Assembly: GCA_018971265.1 (NCBI GenBank)
Contig: JAGXBE010000003.1
Span: 1-38,682, forward strand
Direction: 5' to 3'
Length of the DNA stretch: 38,682 nucleotides
From: Patescibacteria group bacterium
Lineage (GTDB): Bacteria > Patescibacteriota > Minisyncoccia > Phycocordibacterales > Phycocordibacteraceae
The notes beneath the pieces are model-generated. The model did no database searches and was not told the DNA's origin. It saw only the letters and a list, made by a program, of their open reading frames with translations. Shown piece by piece: positions 8,617-19,564 of the stretch; within the stretch, counting starts at the first letter, position 1; every line of letters begins with the position of its first letter. The position numbers were made by a program, and so were the translations under genes.

Positions 8617-8790
8617 TTAGAGCGCTCCCGTCGCCTTGGCGAGTTTGAAGCCGAGATAGATGCCAATGAAACCCCCGATGGTGCCCCAGAGCGTGTAGGC
8701 GAAAAAATCGCCGTTCCAAAGGTACGGCAACAGACTGCCGATGGTCGAACCGACGATCATGCCGCCCCAGATGAGTGATTTGCCGCTCAT
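8617..8790 (-). CDS. 57-aa two-helix Gly-rich membrane protein (not in the ORF track)
   Basis: My translation: MSGKSLIWGGMIVGSTIGSLLPYLWNGDFFAYTLWGTIGGFIGIYLGFKLAKATGAL*. It has GxxxG-rich hydrophobic helices. Confidence 0.75.
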   Translation of the reverse strand: MSGKSLIWGGMIVGSTIGSLLPYLWNGDFFAYTLWGTIGGFIGIYLGFKLAKATGAL

Positions 8791-8848
8791 GCGTTAAAAA
8801 ACAAGAGTCGCGTTCTGTTAATGCTAGCACATCGGCTATACTGGATGC

Positions 8849-9586
8849 ATGCTGTCGTCGTCAATTATTCTCACCGCACTCGACCCTTTTTTTATTCCGC
8901 TATTCCTGGGCGCCTTTGCCATTCCCGTTATGTTATCCATGCGGCCACGGCGCTTCTATTTCGTACGGCATGGTGAGACGATCCTGAATGCCAAGCACGT
9001 TCATCAAGACCAGAGCGGTGGACTCTCTGAAAACGGCGTGCGCCAGGCAGAACGGGTGGGGAAATATCTTACGCGTTTTCATATCAAACGAATAATAGCC
9101 AGTCCTTATGATCGGGCGAGAGAAACTGCGGACATTATCAACCGATATCTCGGGGTGCCAATGGCCTACTCAAAACTTCTTGCGGAGCGGAGGAATCCGA
9201 GCGAAATTGTCGGCAAAAGCGACGATGATCCGGTGGTCGCGCACATCGTCGACCAGATGGATCGGTCGTATCACGAGGACACCTATCGCTACTCGGATGA
9301 GGAAAATTTCGAAGACCTCAAGAAACGAGCGCGTCGAGCACTCAGGTTCCTTTCCCATCAAGGCACTCGCGAAACTTGCGTCGTGACCCACAGCATCTTT
9401 CTCAAGATGCTGGTTGCCTACCTCCTCTACCGGCGGCGCCTCCATGCCTCCGATTATGCGAAGCTCTCATTCTTCAATTACTCAGATAATGCAAACATAA
9501 CCGTTTGTGAATTTCATCCCTGGAAGGTGCTCTCGAAAACGCACGGTTGGGAGGTCGTAAGTTTTAACGAGACGCCTGAGGAATAG
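8849..9586 (+). CDS. Histidine phosphatase family protein with an N-terminal hydrophobic segment
   Basis: FVRHGET, ASPYDRARETA, VVTHS. Confidence 0.88.
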   Translation: MLSSSIILTALDPFFIPLFLGAFAIPVMLSMRPRRFYFVRHGETILNAKHVHQDQSGGLSENGVRQAERVGKYLTRFHIKRIIASPYDRARETADIINRYLGVPMAYSKLLAERRNPSEIVGKSDDDPVVAHIVDQMDRSYHEDTYRYSDEENFEDLKKRARRALRFLSHQGTRETCVVTHSIFLKMLVAYLLYRRRLHASDYAKLSFFNYSDNANITVCEFHPWKVLSKTHGWEVVSFNETPEE

Positions 9587-9589
9587 AAA

Positions 9590-9619
9590 TACCGCACCAC
9601 GCAAAGAGCGGGTGCGGTA
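9590..9619. terminator. Hairpin between convergent genes (probable terminator)
   Basis: TACCGCACC...GGTGCGGTA, with a TTT tail on the minus strand. Confidence 0.6.
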
Positions 9620-9636
9620 CGTTCTTCCGAGTTCCC

Positions 9637-11292
<1,656 letters not shown>

Positions 11293-11310
11293 TTAATAAC
11301 TAATAATCAG

Positions 11311-11625
11311 CTATTTTAGGATGCCCAAGACGCCGGATTCGGGCAGGATGTAGTATTCTTCGCCTTCAATTTTCACTTCATCGTAGCCGTATTTCGAGAA
11401 AATCACCACGTCACCCTCCTTTACCTGTACCGGTACGCGTTTGCCGTCTTCGTATTTACCCGGGCCGACGGCGACCACGACGCCCTTTGCAGGCTTCTCC
11501 TTGTCTACCGTCTCAGGAATGATGATGCCCGATGCGAGCACTTTCTCGCCTTCTTTTAGGGACGGCTTTACCACGATGCGCTCGCCGAGCGGCATGAATG
11601 GAAATTTCTTTGTTGTTTTTACCAT
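11311..11625 (-). CDS. groS: Co-chaperonin GroES
   Basis: PLGERIVVK, SGIIIP, VVAVGPG, VKEGDVVIFSKY. Start taken at MVKTTKK. Confidence 0.97.
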   Translation of the reverse strand: MVKTTKKFPFMPLGERIVVKPSLKEGEKVLASGIIIPETVDKEKPAKGVVVAVGPGKYEDGKRVPVQVKEGDVVIFSKYGYDEVKIEGEEYYILPESGVLGILK

Positions 11626-11666
11626 GTCCTTATAATGTAGATGAATAATCTTGCCCGTGCATTGCG

Positions 11667-11726
11667 AGTATAGAGAAACCGACGACCTCACGCAAGTTGC
11701 ATCTTTCCGGCCTGCCGTGCTATCCT
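11667..11726. promoter_or_regulatory. Back-to-back sigma70 promoters for groES (minus) and secG (plus)
   Basis: Minus strand: TTGCGT-17 nt-TATACT (11695-11667). Plus strand: TTGCAT-18 nt-TATCCT with extended TG (11697-11726). Confidence 0.65.
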
Positions 11727-11737
11727 TGCTCTCACAA

Positions 11738-11977
11738 ATGGAGGCATTCGTACCGGCATTGCCGTACGCAGAAATCATCCTCTCAATACTCCTCATTGTC
11801 GGCATTGTGCTGCAGCAACGCGGCGCGACCTTGGGAGGAGCATTCGGGGGCGACAATTTCGCGTCGACCTTTTACAAGCGCAGAGGCGCGGAGAAGTTCC
11901 TGTTCAATGCGACCATCGCCATCGCGGTTATTCTCGTACTCACAGCGATAGCGAACTTCCTTTTGTCAGGGTTATGA
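11738..11977 (+). CDS. secG: Preprotein translocase subunit SecG
   Basis: Two TM helices flanking VLQQRGATLGGAFGG...KRRGAEKFL. Confidence 0.9.
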   Translation: MEAFVPALPYAEIILSILLIVGIVLQQRGATLGGAFGGDNFASTFYKRRGAEKFLFNATIAIAVILVLTAIANFLLSGL

Positions 11978-13728
11978 CCCGCCCGGACGGTTTTCACCCC
12001 ATCGGATACGGAGCGCTTTGGCGGGAACGGTTTTTGCGAGTACGCAATATTCGCGCGCTTGAATATTTCAGGACGCGTATCAACGCCCTCTCTTCGGGCG
12101 ACCGCGCCTTGTTCTATCTGCTTATGGCCGTTGTCGGCATTGCCTCCGTCTCGAGCATTTACGGGCTCGAGCAGTCGCTCCTCATACAGGTACCGAGCTA
12201 TAGAGGGACTCTTGTCGAGGGCGGGGTCGGGAGTCCTCGGTTTATAAACCCGCTTCTCGGCATTACGGACGCGGATCGCGATCTTTCCGCGCTTACGTAT
12301 GCCGGGCTTATGGGGCTCTCGGGCACGGGAACGCTCGTACCCGTGCTCGCGGAAAGTTATACCGTCTCCCCCGACGGTAAAACCTACACCTTCGTCTTGC
12401 GTGAAGACGCGAAGTTCTCCGACGGTTCTCCCGTCACAGCGAGCGATGTCGTCTTCACGGTACAGAAGGCGCAGGACGCCGCACTGAAGAGCCCGGAGTA
12501 CGCGGACTGGGCGGGGGTAAACGCACTCGCGGTCGACCAACGCACCGTACGCTTCACCCTCTCGAAACCCTACGCACCCTTTCTCGGGTTGACGACCTTG
12601 GGCGTCCTTCCTTCGCGCCTCTGGCAGAACATATCGAATGAGGAATTTCCCTTTTCAACCCTCGAGACCGTTCCCGTAGGTGCAGGACCGTTCCGGGTTA
12701 CGAATGTTTCGCGCGATGCTTCCGGACTCATAGAGAGCGTGTCTCTCGCTGAGAATCCGTATTATGTGCTCGGCAGGCCCTATCTGAACGGCATTCGCTT
12801 CAACTTCTATGCCCGCAGCGAAGATGTCGCGAGCGCACTTGCAAGCGGAGCCATCGAGAGCGCGTATGGCGTGAGCACGGCGGGAGCGCTGACCGCCCCT
12901 TACGCCCGTATTTTCGGCGTGTTCTGGAATCCGAGCGAAAAGCCGGTCTACGCACGGGAAGAAGTACGAAAGGCGCTCTCGACGGCACTTGATCGGCAGA
13001 CTATTATCGATACGGTGCTCGGCGGTTACGCGACCGCGATTATGGGGCCGGTACCGCCGGGAGGATTGGTGAGACAAGTACCGGTTCCCCAATCGAAAAA
13101 CCCGACGGAGGACGCCGCGCAAATACTGCGGGCGGGGGGATGGGTATATGACGGTACTGCGCGCCTCTGGAAAAATGCGGCGGCGAAACAAACACTCGAT
13201 GCCATTACCATTCGCACGTCGAATGTGCCCGAGCTGAAAAATGTGGCGAGCGCGGTGAAAGCAGACTGGGAGAAACTCGGCATTCCCGTTACCATTGAAC
13301 TCTACGAGCCGGGCGATCTTTCTCAGAACGTCATACGCCCCCGCAAGTACGAGGCGCTCCTCTACGGCATGGTCGTCGGTCGTGAGCAGGACCTCTATGC
13401 TTTCTGGGACTCCCAGGAGCGCAACGATCCCGGTCTCAACATCGCACTGTACGCGAACAAGACGGTCGATGCACTGCTTGAGGAAGCGCGCGGTTCTCCG
13501 GATCAGGCGTTGCGAGCGGCCGATCTTCAGAAGATTGAGGATACTGTCGCCGCGGATTACCCTGCTGCTTTCATTTACGCGCCTGATTTCACCTACACGG
13601 TCCCGAACGATCTTAGGGGCGTCATGCTTCCGCAGATCATAACCCCCGCGGATCGTTTCGCGACTGTCGCTTCCTGGTATCGATCGGTTGACGCCGTGTG
13701 GCCTTTCTTTGTGCACCAGAATCGCTAG
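11974..13728 (+). CDS. Membrane-anchored ABC transporter substrate-binding protein, family 5 (OppA/DppA-like)
   Basis: LAESYTVSPDGKTYTFVLREDAKFSDGSPVTASDVVFT family 5 signature and GAGPF; N-terminal TM; overlaps the secG stop codon. Confidence 0.9.
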   Translation: MTRPDGFHPIGYGALWRERFLRVRNIRALEYFRTRINALSSGDRALFYLLMAVVGIASVSSIYGLEQSLLIQVPSYRGTLVEGGVGSPRFINPLLGITDADRDLSALTYAGLMGLSGTGTLVPVLAESYTVSPDGKTYTFVLREDAKFSDGSPVTASDVVFTVQKAQDAALKSPEYADWAGVNALAVDQRTVRFTLSKPYAPFLGLTTLGVLPSRLWQNISNEEFPFSTLETVPVGAGPFRVTNVSRDASGLIESVSLAENPYYVLGRPYLNGIRFNFYARSEDVASALASGAIESAYGVSTAGALTAPYARIFGVFWNPSEKPVYAREEVRKALSTALDRQTIIDTVLGGYATAIMGPVPPGGLVRQVPVPQSKNPTEDAAQILRAGGWVYDGTARLWKNAAAKQTLDAITIRTSNVPELKNVASAVKADWEKLGIPVTIELYEPGDLSQNVIRPRKYEALLYGMVVGREQDLYAFWDSQERNDPGLNIALYANKTVDALLEEARGSPDQALRAADLQKIEDTVAADYPAAFIYAPDFTYTVPNDLRGVMLPQIITPADRFATVASWYRSVDAVWPFFVHQNR

Positions 13729-13816
13729 ATATTTTCGTACGGGTTTTCTTTGCTATCAAAGGAGAAAACTTAGTCAGTAACGTTTATCAATTTCACAGTC
13801 AATAACTACCATCATT

Positions 13817-15712
13817 ATGAACCAAGCACCGGCACCGGCACCCGCGTCAAGTCCGGAACGTGAGACACGACCGAGCCGCGGTCCGCGACGTTTTGAACGC
13901 GGTAATCGTCCGCAAGGCCGCGCCACACCGCACCCCGGCGGTGCCGCGCGCCGCATTCAAAGAATCCTGAGACGCCCTTCGGCAACAAGCGTGCGCACGA
14001 ACCGCGCGGCCGATTATTTCCCGGAACCCGCAGGACCGTCTACCGTCCGCATCATTCCGCTCGGGGGCGTCGAGGAGGTCGGCCGCAACATGACCGCAGT
14101 GGAGGTGGGCGCAACGGGCGACATACTCGTCTTTGACGCCGGTTTCCAGTTCGTCTCCGAAGACGCTTCCCCGGGCGTTGACTACATTCTCCCCAACACC
14201 CGTTATCTGGAAAAGAACGCCTCTCGCGTAAAGGGCGTCATCATCACGCACGGCCATCTCGACCACATCGGCGGTATCCCGTTCATCCTCCCGCGTTTCG
14301 GGACGCCGCCAATCTACACCCAGAATCTGACTTCGATCATGATTCAGCGCCGACAGGAGGAGTATCCGGATGTGCCAAAATCAGAAATGGTTACCGTCGA
14401 GATCGGTCAGTCCATGGTCATCGGTTCGACCCGCGTAAAATTTTTTCCCGTTACGCACTCCATCCCCGATTCAATGGGCGTCTCCATCGAAACACCGCAC
14501 GGCAATGTCGTCATCACCGGCGACCTGAAACTTGACCACGAGGACGGGATTCCTTCCGAGCGCGAGGTGAAGACCTGGGGAGCTATCGGTAAAGATAGAA
14601 ATATCTTTTTCATTGCCGATTCAACCAACGCCGAAAAAGATGGTTTCTCCATTCCGGAATCAAAGGTGATTCAGACGCTTGAGGACATCATACGGACGGT
14701 CTCCGGCCGACTCATTATCGGCACCTTCGCTTCGCAATTCGAACGCATGATCCATATCATGGAGGCCGCGGAGAAACTCGGGAAAAAAATCGTTACCGAA
14801 GGCCGCTCTATCAAGAACAATCTCGAGATTGCGGAAAAGACAGGGCTCCTCAAGATCAGCAAAGGGGTTATCATCCCCGCGCAAGACATCGGCAACTATC
14901 CGCCCGACAAAATCGTCATCCTTTCGACGGGCGCACAGGGCGAGGAGTTTGCGGCCTTGATGCGTATCGCGACCAAGCAACACAAATACATTACGCTCTC
15001 CGAGCGCGATACGATCGTCCTCTCATCTTCGGTTATCCCCGGCAATGAAATTGCGGTCCAGAAGCTGAAAGACAACCTTTATCGCCACGGCGTCTCGCTC
15101 ATCCACTACCGATCAAGCGACGTCCACTCGACCGGCCACGGCAATACCGGCGAACTGGTCTGGATAAATAAACAGGTGCATCCGAAATTCTTCATGCCCG
15201 CGTATGGCTATCACTCGATGCTTCGCTGCCACGCGAAAGCGGTCGAGCAGTCGGGCTTCCCGAGGGAAAACATTGTCATTCCGGATAACGGTACGGTAAT
15301 TGACATCGAGGAGGGCGAGCGGATGAACGTGCACAAACAGAAAGTGCCCTCTTCACCGATGGTCGTTGACGGCTTCACCATCGGCGATATGCAAGAAGTG
15401 GTCATTCGCGACCGTCAGTCGCTCGCCAAGGACGGCATGTTCGTCATCATCGTGAACGTAAACCTTAAAACCGGCAAGCTGCGTAAATCTCCCGATATCA
15501 TCAGCCGTGGCTTCATCTATCTGCGCGAGTCCCAGAACCTTCTGAACGAGGCGCGTATACTCATCAAGAAAACCATCGAAGATTCCACGCGCAATATGAA
15601 CCCTATCGACCTCGACTACGTAAAAAATACTCTCACCGACGTTATGGCCGGATTCCTCTTTACCCGCACCAACAAGGCGCCGATGGTGATACCGGTGTTG
15701 ATCGGGATGTGA
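13817..15712 (+). CDS. rnj: Ribonuclease J
   Basis: PLGGVEEVGRNM, ITHGHLDHIGG, HSIPD, DSTNA, TGAQGE, HSTGH; disordered N-terminal extension. Confidence 0.95.
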   Translation: MNQAPAPAPASSPERETRPSRGPRRFERGNRPQGRATPHPGGAARRIQRILRRPSATSVRTNRAADYFPEPAGPSTVRIIPLGGVEEVGRNMTAVEVGATGDILVFDAGFQFVSEDASPGVDYILPNTRYLEKNASRVKGVIITHGHLDHIGGIPFILPRFGTPPIYTQNLTSIMIQRRQEEYPDVPKSEMVTVEIGQSMVIGSTRVKFFPVTHSIPDSMGVSIETPHGNVVITGDLKLDHEDGIPSEREVKTWGAIGKDRNIFFIADSTNAEKDGFSIPESKVIQTLEDIIRTVSGRLIIGTFASQFERMIHIMEAAEKLGKKIVTEGRSIKNNLEIAEKTGLLKISKGVIIPAQDIGNYPPDKIVILSTGAQGEEFAALMRIATKQHKYITLSERDTIVLSSSVIPGNEIAVQKLKDNLYRHGVSLIHYRSSDVHSTGHGNTGELVWINKQVHPKFFMPAYGYHSMLRCHAKAVEQSGFPRENIVIPDNGTVIDIEEGERMNVHKQKVPSSPMVVDGFTIGDMQEVVIRDRQSLAKDGMFVIIVNVNLKTGKLRKSPDIISRGFIYLRESQNLLNEARILIKKTIEDSTRNMNPIDLDYVKNTLTDVMAGFLFTRTNKAPMVIPVLIGM

Positions 15713-15737
15713 AAGAGGGAGTAGTTAAAAACAAATC

Positions 15738-15765
15738 CGCGGCTCGCCAGAAGCGAGCCGCGTTT
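15738..15765 (+). terminator. Intrinsic terminator after rnj
   Basis: CGCGGCTCGC-CAGAA-GCGAGCCGCG followed by TTT. Confidence 0.7.
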
Positions 15766-15787
15766 CCTGTATGTTATCCTCGAACCT

Positions 15788-16942
15788 ATGCACCCGCGCG
15801 TGGTCCTTTCGGTTGGAAATTTCTTTTTTTCACTGTTCGCAACCGTTACCGTCTACATACTTCTTCCCTATCTTTCTTCCTTCATGGGGGAAGCGTACAC
15901 CGGCCTGGTGGTCGCGGGGGGCGCTTTCGTCGCGGTCATTTTCTTCCCCTATCTTCCGCGGCTTGTTGCGCGGTACGGAGCGCAGCAACTCGCGCTCTTT
16001 TTTGCGCTTGCGGAGATGGTGGCGCTCTTCGCGCTAGCCGCCGTACCCGGGCCTATTGCGGGCGCCTTCCTTATAGCCGTTACGGTGGCGCTTCAGCCGT
16101 TCCTCTCCTACGAGCTCGATCTGCTCCTCGAAGCGACTGTCGCCGAGGAAGGCACGACCGGCCGTGTCCGTACGCTCTTTCTCACCGCGTGGAACGTCGC
16201 GGCGCTTGCGGCTCCGCTTCTCATGGGTGCGCTTTTGGCAAATTCCAATTCTTACGGCCGCGTCTTTCTCGCCGCCGCAGCCGCCCTCGTACCATTCGTC
16301 GTCCTCTTCGCTGCGCGTAAACTCCCCAAAGGCGAAACGCCCGAGCTTTCGCGCATGCGCGACACGTTCCTCTGCATCGTGCGTGACCGCGACCTCGCCG
16401 CAGTCACGTTCGCGCACTTTCTTCTCTATCTCTTCTATGTCTGGGTGGCGCTCTACGTACCGATTTACCTTCATGGCGTACTCGGCATACCATGGGCGGT
16501 TCTTGGCTGGGTGTTTTCGATAATGCTTGTGCCCTATTTGCTTATCGAGTATCCGGCGGGATGGATTGCCGACCGATTCATCGGCGATAAGGAGCTCATG
16601 CTCGCAGGATTTCTCATCGCCGGCGGCGCACTTATTTTTATCGGCATTCTCTCTGCGGCATCCTCGCTCATTTTAATCTTGAGTGTCCTCGTTGTTTCGC
16701 GCATCGGTGCGGCGCTCATCGAAAGCATGACCGAGGTTCATTTCTTCCGCCGCGTCTCCGAGCGGGACATAAACTCCGTGAGCGTGTTCCGCGGCATTTG
16801 GCCGCTCGCGGATCTCGTGGCGCCCGTCGCGGGCAGTTTGATCCTCTTCTTCGGCAGTTACGAAATGCTCTTCGTGCTCACGGGCGGATTCGTCACGCTC
16901 GCCGGCGTCGCGTCAACGCTGCTCATAAAAGATTTTCGTTAG
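15788..16942 (+). CDS. MFS transporter
   Basis: About 12 hydrophobic segments; motif-A-like GWIADRFIGDK. Confidence 0.85.
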   Translation: MHPRVVLSVGNFFFSLFATVTVYILLPYLSSFMGEAYTGLVVAGGAFVAVIFFPYLPRLVARYGAQQLALFFALAEMVALFALAAVPGPIAGAFLIAVTVALQPFLSYELDLLLEATVAEEGTTGRVRTLFLTAWNVAALAAPLLMGALLANSNSYGRVFLAAAAALVPFVVLFAARKLPKGETPELSRMRDTFLCIVRDRDLAAVTFAHFLLYLFYVWVALYVPIYLHGVLGIPWAVLGWVFSIMLVPYLLIEYPAGWIADRFIGDKELMLAGFLIAGGALIFIGILSAASSLILILSVLVVSRIGAALIESMTEVHFFRRVSERDINSVSVFRGIWPLADLVAPVAGSLILFFGSYEMLFVLTGGFVTLAGVASTLLIKDFR

Positions 16943-17736
16943 TCCGCGAGCGCGTAGCGACTGCGGCGTACCCGCACCAGCCCCTCCGCACAAAGGGCAT
17001 CCAGAGCAAGCGCGACCTGTTTGCGGCGCGTAGTGCCGAGCAGCATTACGAGGCACGCGCGCGACACGGTTCCTTGCGTGAGCTCGCGCACGATGGCACC
17101 GCGCGCCTCTCGCAGAGACCCGCTAAATTTCGACTGTCTCGCGTAATGCTCGCTCCGCGCGTTATGCGAAACGCCCGAACGCTTCAAATAGGCGCCGTAG
17201 TCCATGAGCGCGCTATACCATTCTCTCGCACGACCTCTGGGAAGCGTTTTTTCTAGGACGCGTTCTATTTCTGCATCTGAAACCTTCCTCCTTTTCGGGA
17301 AGAAATGGTGCACAATAGCCGTGCGAATGTTCGTCTCCACCACGATGGCGTCTTTATTGAACGCAAACGCCGCTATGGCGCGCGCGGTGTAGCGCCCCAC
17401 ACCGGGCAACTTCTCCAGCTCCGTTATCGAATCGAGTTTTGTAACGGCAAGTTTCTTCGCTGCTGCGTGAAGCATTTTGGCGCGCCGATTGTAACCGAGC
17501 CCCTGCCATACCTTGAGCACCTCCGATAGCGGCGCGAGAGAGAGCGTTTTTGCATGCGGGAAACGCTTCATAAACCTGGCATAAAACGGCAGCACACGCT
17601 CTACCTGAGTTTGCTGAAGCATTATTTCAGAAACAAGAATTCGGTACGGCTGTTCGGTTTTCCGCCAGGGCAGATCATGCCGTCCGTGAATTCGGTAATA
17701 CCGCCACACGAGCGCTCTAAATTTCGTAGATGACAT
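16939..17736 (-). CDS. mutY: A/G-specific adenine glycosylase (MutY-like), short, with no 4Fe-4S cysteines
   Basis: RHDLPWR, ILVSEIMLQQTQV, WQGLGYNRRA, HhH LPGVGRYTA, ALMDYGA. Confidence 0.9.
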   Translation of the reverse strand: MSSTKFRALVWRYYRIHGRHDLPWRKTEQPYRILVSEIMLQQTQVERVLPFYARFMKRFPHAKTLSLAPLSEVLKVWQGLGYNRRAKMLHAAAKKLAVTKLDSITELEKLPGVGRYTARAIAAFAFNKDAIVVETNIRTAIVHHFFPKRRKVSDAEIERVLEKTLPRGRAREWYSALMDYGAYLKRSGVSHNARSEHYARQSKFSGSLREARGAIVRELTQGTVSRACLVMLLGTTRRKQVALALDALCAEGLVRVRRSRYALAD

Positions 17737-18403
17737 CTTTGCGCTCGACGACTATCTTCCATCCGCGCCGTTTTGCGTGCGCATAGAGCGTGCTGTTTGG
17801 GTTAAAAGCGATGGCAGTCTCGACGGACTCAAGAAGCGGTATATCGCTTTCCGTATCTCCCACGCCGATCGAGCTCTCGAACGTGAGTCCTTCTTTGCGT
17901 ACCGCTCGCTGTAATATCGCTGATTTGTTTTTCATAATATCTTCGTCCTCGACTCCGCCGGTGAAGTTGCCGGAAGGGCCGGTCGCAAAGAAGAATCCGT
18001 ACACTTTATCAAATCCCGCCTCGTAACCGAACCCGTCAACGATGAATTTCGGCGAATGAGAGATTGCGAGAAGATAGTAATTCTTTTGTCGCAAGTTCTT
18101 GATGAGGTCGCGCGTATACCGATACACACGGTCTTTCTTTTCCTCGATGACTTCTCCGGCCGCGTCCGCCACCGCTGCAAACGACACTCCTTTTATCTGT
18201 TTCTGGAAAACCTCCACAACTTTGTCGACATATGCTTGGTAATCACCCTTGCGGTCAAGCCAGCGCGTGCGTTCGTTTTCGTAAAGCATGAGTGATTCCT
18301 GAGGAAATATGCCTTTTTCGATGAGGCGCTCCACGAGCTCGAGCGTCAAGGACGAACGGAAAACGGTCCCGTCAATGTCGAATGCGGCCACGGGGCGTTT
18401 CAT
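17717..18403 (-). CDS. HAD-IB family phosphatase (SerB-like)
   Basis: FDIDGT motif I, ISHSP, K, GDTESD. Confidence 0.88.
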   Translation of the reverse strand: MKRPVAAFDIDGTVFRSSLTLELVERLIEKGIFPQESLMLYENERTRWLDRKGDYQAYVDKVVEVFQKQIKGVSFAAVADAAGEVIEEKKDRVYRYTRDLIKNLRQKNYYLLAISHSPKFIVDGFGYEAGFDKVYGFFFATGPSGNFTGGVEDEDIMKNKSAILQRAVRKEGLTFESSIGVGDTESDIPLLESVETAIAFNPNSTLYAHAKRRGWKIVVERKDVIYEI

Positions 18404-18417
18404 TCTTCTATCCTACC

Positions 18418-19089
18418 TTATTTCGCCTTGGGCCAGCGTGCGGCAGCTGGTGGCCAGAGCACCGTTAAGGGATGTGTTGTGCAGTCATGCTGGCGCGCGG
18501 GACACACATACCTACCATAGAGGACAAGGCCATTATTTATATATTTCCAGTCCTTTTTCGGGATGAGTGCTTCGAGATCTTTTGAAATTTTCGTAAGATC
18601 GTCGGCATCCGTGAGGTCGAAACGCTTCGCGAAACGTCGCACATGCGTATCAGTCGCAATGCCTTCCCACGAGTCATACAGCTGGCCAAGTATGACGTGC
18701 GCCGTTTTATAGCCAACGCCGGGCAGCTCGATAAGCTCGGCGGCGGTCTGCGGGACGGTGTCGCCGTGTCGCTCGTGAACCATGTTCGCAGCGGAGATAA
18801 TCGCCTTGGTTTTATTTCGAAAGAACGGGACGGTGGAAATCTCTTTCGTAAACGTTGCGGTTTTCGCGCGTGCGAAATCGAGCGGTGTCCTGTATTTCTT
18901 GAAAAGCGTTTTCGTAAGTCTGTTGACCGCTTTGTCGGTGCACTGCGCGGAAAGGACGACCGCGACGAGGAACTGGAACGGCGTTTCGTACGAGAGCTCG
19001 CTTTTGGGCTCCGGGTATGTTCTCTTCAGATAGGCAACGATTTTCCCGGCGCGTTCCTTCCGTTCCGCAATCCTCGCCGAAGCGCTCAT
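18418..19089 (-). CDS. nth: Endonuclease III (Nth) with a degenerate Fe-S motif
   Basis: LSAQCTD, LPGVGYKTA (catalytic Lys), DTHV (catalytic Asp), GRYVCPARQHDC. Confidence 0.92.
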   Translation of the reverse strand: MSASARIAERKERAGKIVAYLKRTYPEPKSELSYETPFQFLVAVVLSAQCTDKAVNRLTKTLFKKYRTPLDFARAKTATFTKEISTVPFFRNKTKAIISAANMVHERHGDTVPQTAAELIELPGVGYKTAHVILGQLYDSWEGIATDTHVRRFAKRFDLTDADDLTKISKDLEALIPKKDWKYINNGLVLYGRYVCPARQHDCTTHPLTVLWPPAAARWPKAK

Positions 19090-19559
19090 GCCGCAAGCGC
19101 TTTCAGGTCCGCTATGGCCTCTCGAGCGTGGTGTTCGGGCTTCACCTTCTCGTATATTTTGGCGATCCTTCCGGAAGGATCTATGAGAAACGAGGTGCGG
19201 CTCGTGCCCATGTAGGTCTTTCCCATGAATTTCTTTTCCCCGAACACGCCGTATCTTCCCACGACCTCTTTATGCGCATCGGACAGAAGCGTAAAAGGAA
19301 GTTGGTACGTTGCGGCAAACTTTGAGTGACTCTCTACGCTGTCGGTTGAGACGCCGAGCACGACAGCTCCGATGTTTTGGAAATCTTTGAACTGGTCACG
19401 GATGCCGCATGCCTCGATGGTACAGCCCGGCGTATCATCTTTCGGATAAAAATACAGAAGTATCCACTGCCCCGCGTAGTCGGCAAGCGAGTGCTCCTTC
19501 CCTTTTTGGTCGGGAAGCGTGAAGTCCGGTGCCTGCGCGCTGATCCTTGGCATCTCCAT
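19086..19559 (-). CDS. bcp: Peroxiredoxin Bcp/PrxQ
   Basis: YFYPKDDTPGCTIEAC, RTSFLID. Confidence 0.93.
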   Translation of the reverse strand: MEMPRISAQAPDFTLPDQKGKEHSLADYAGQWILLYFYPKDDTPGCTIEACGIRDQFKDFQNIGAVVLGVSTDSVESHSKFAATYQLPFTLLSDAHKEVVGRYGVFGEKKFMGKTYMGTSRTSFLIDPSGRIAKIYEKVKPEHHAREAIADLKALAA

Positions 19560-19564
19560 CGGTC

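Noticed and set aside
11640-11700. CIRCE (HrcA) operator upstream of groES
   Set aside because: Only a partial TATACTC-N9-GGGCAAG resemblance; the TTAGCACTC-N9-GAGTGCTAA symmetry is absent.
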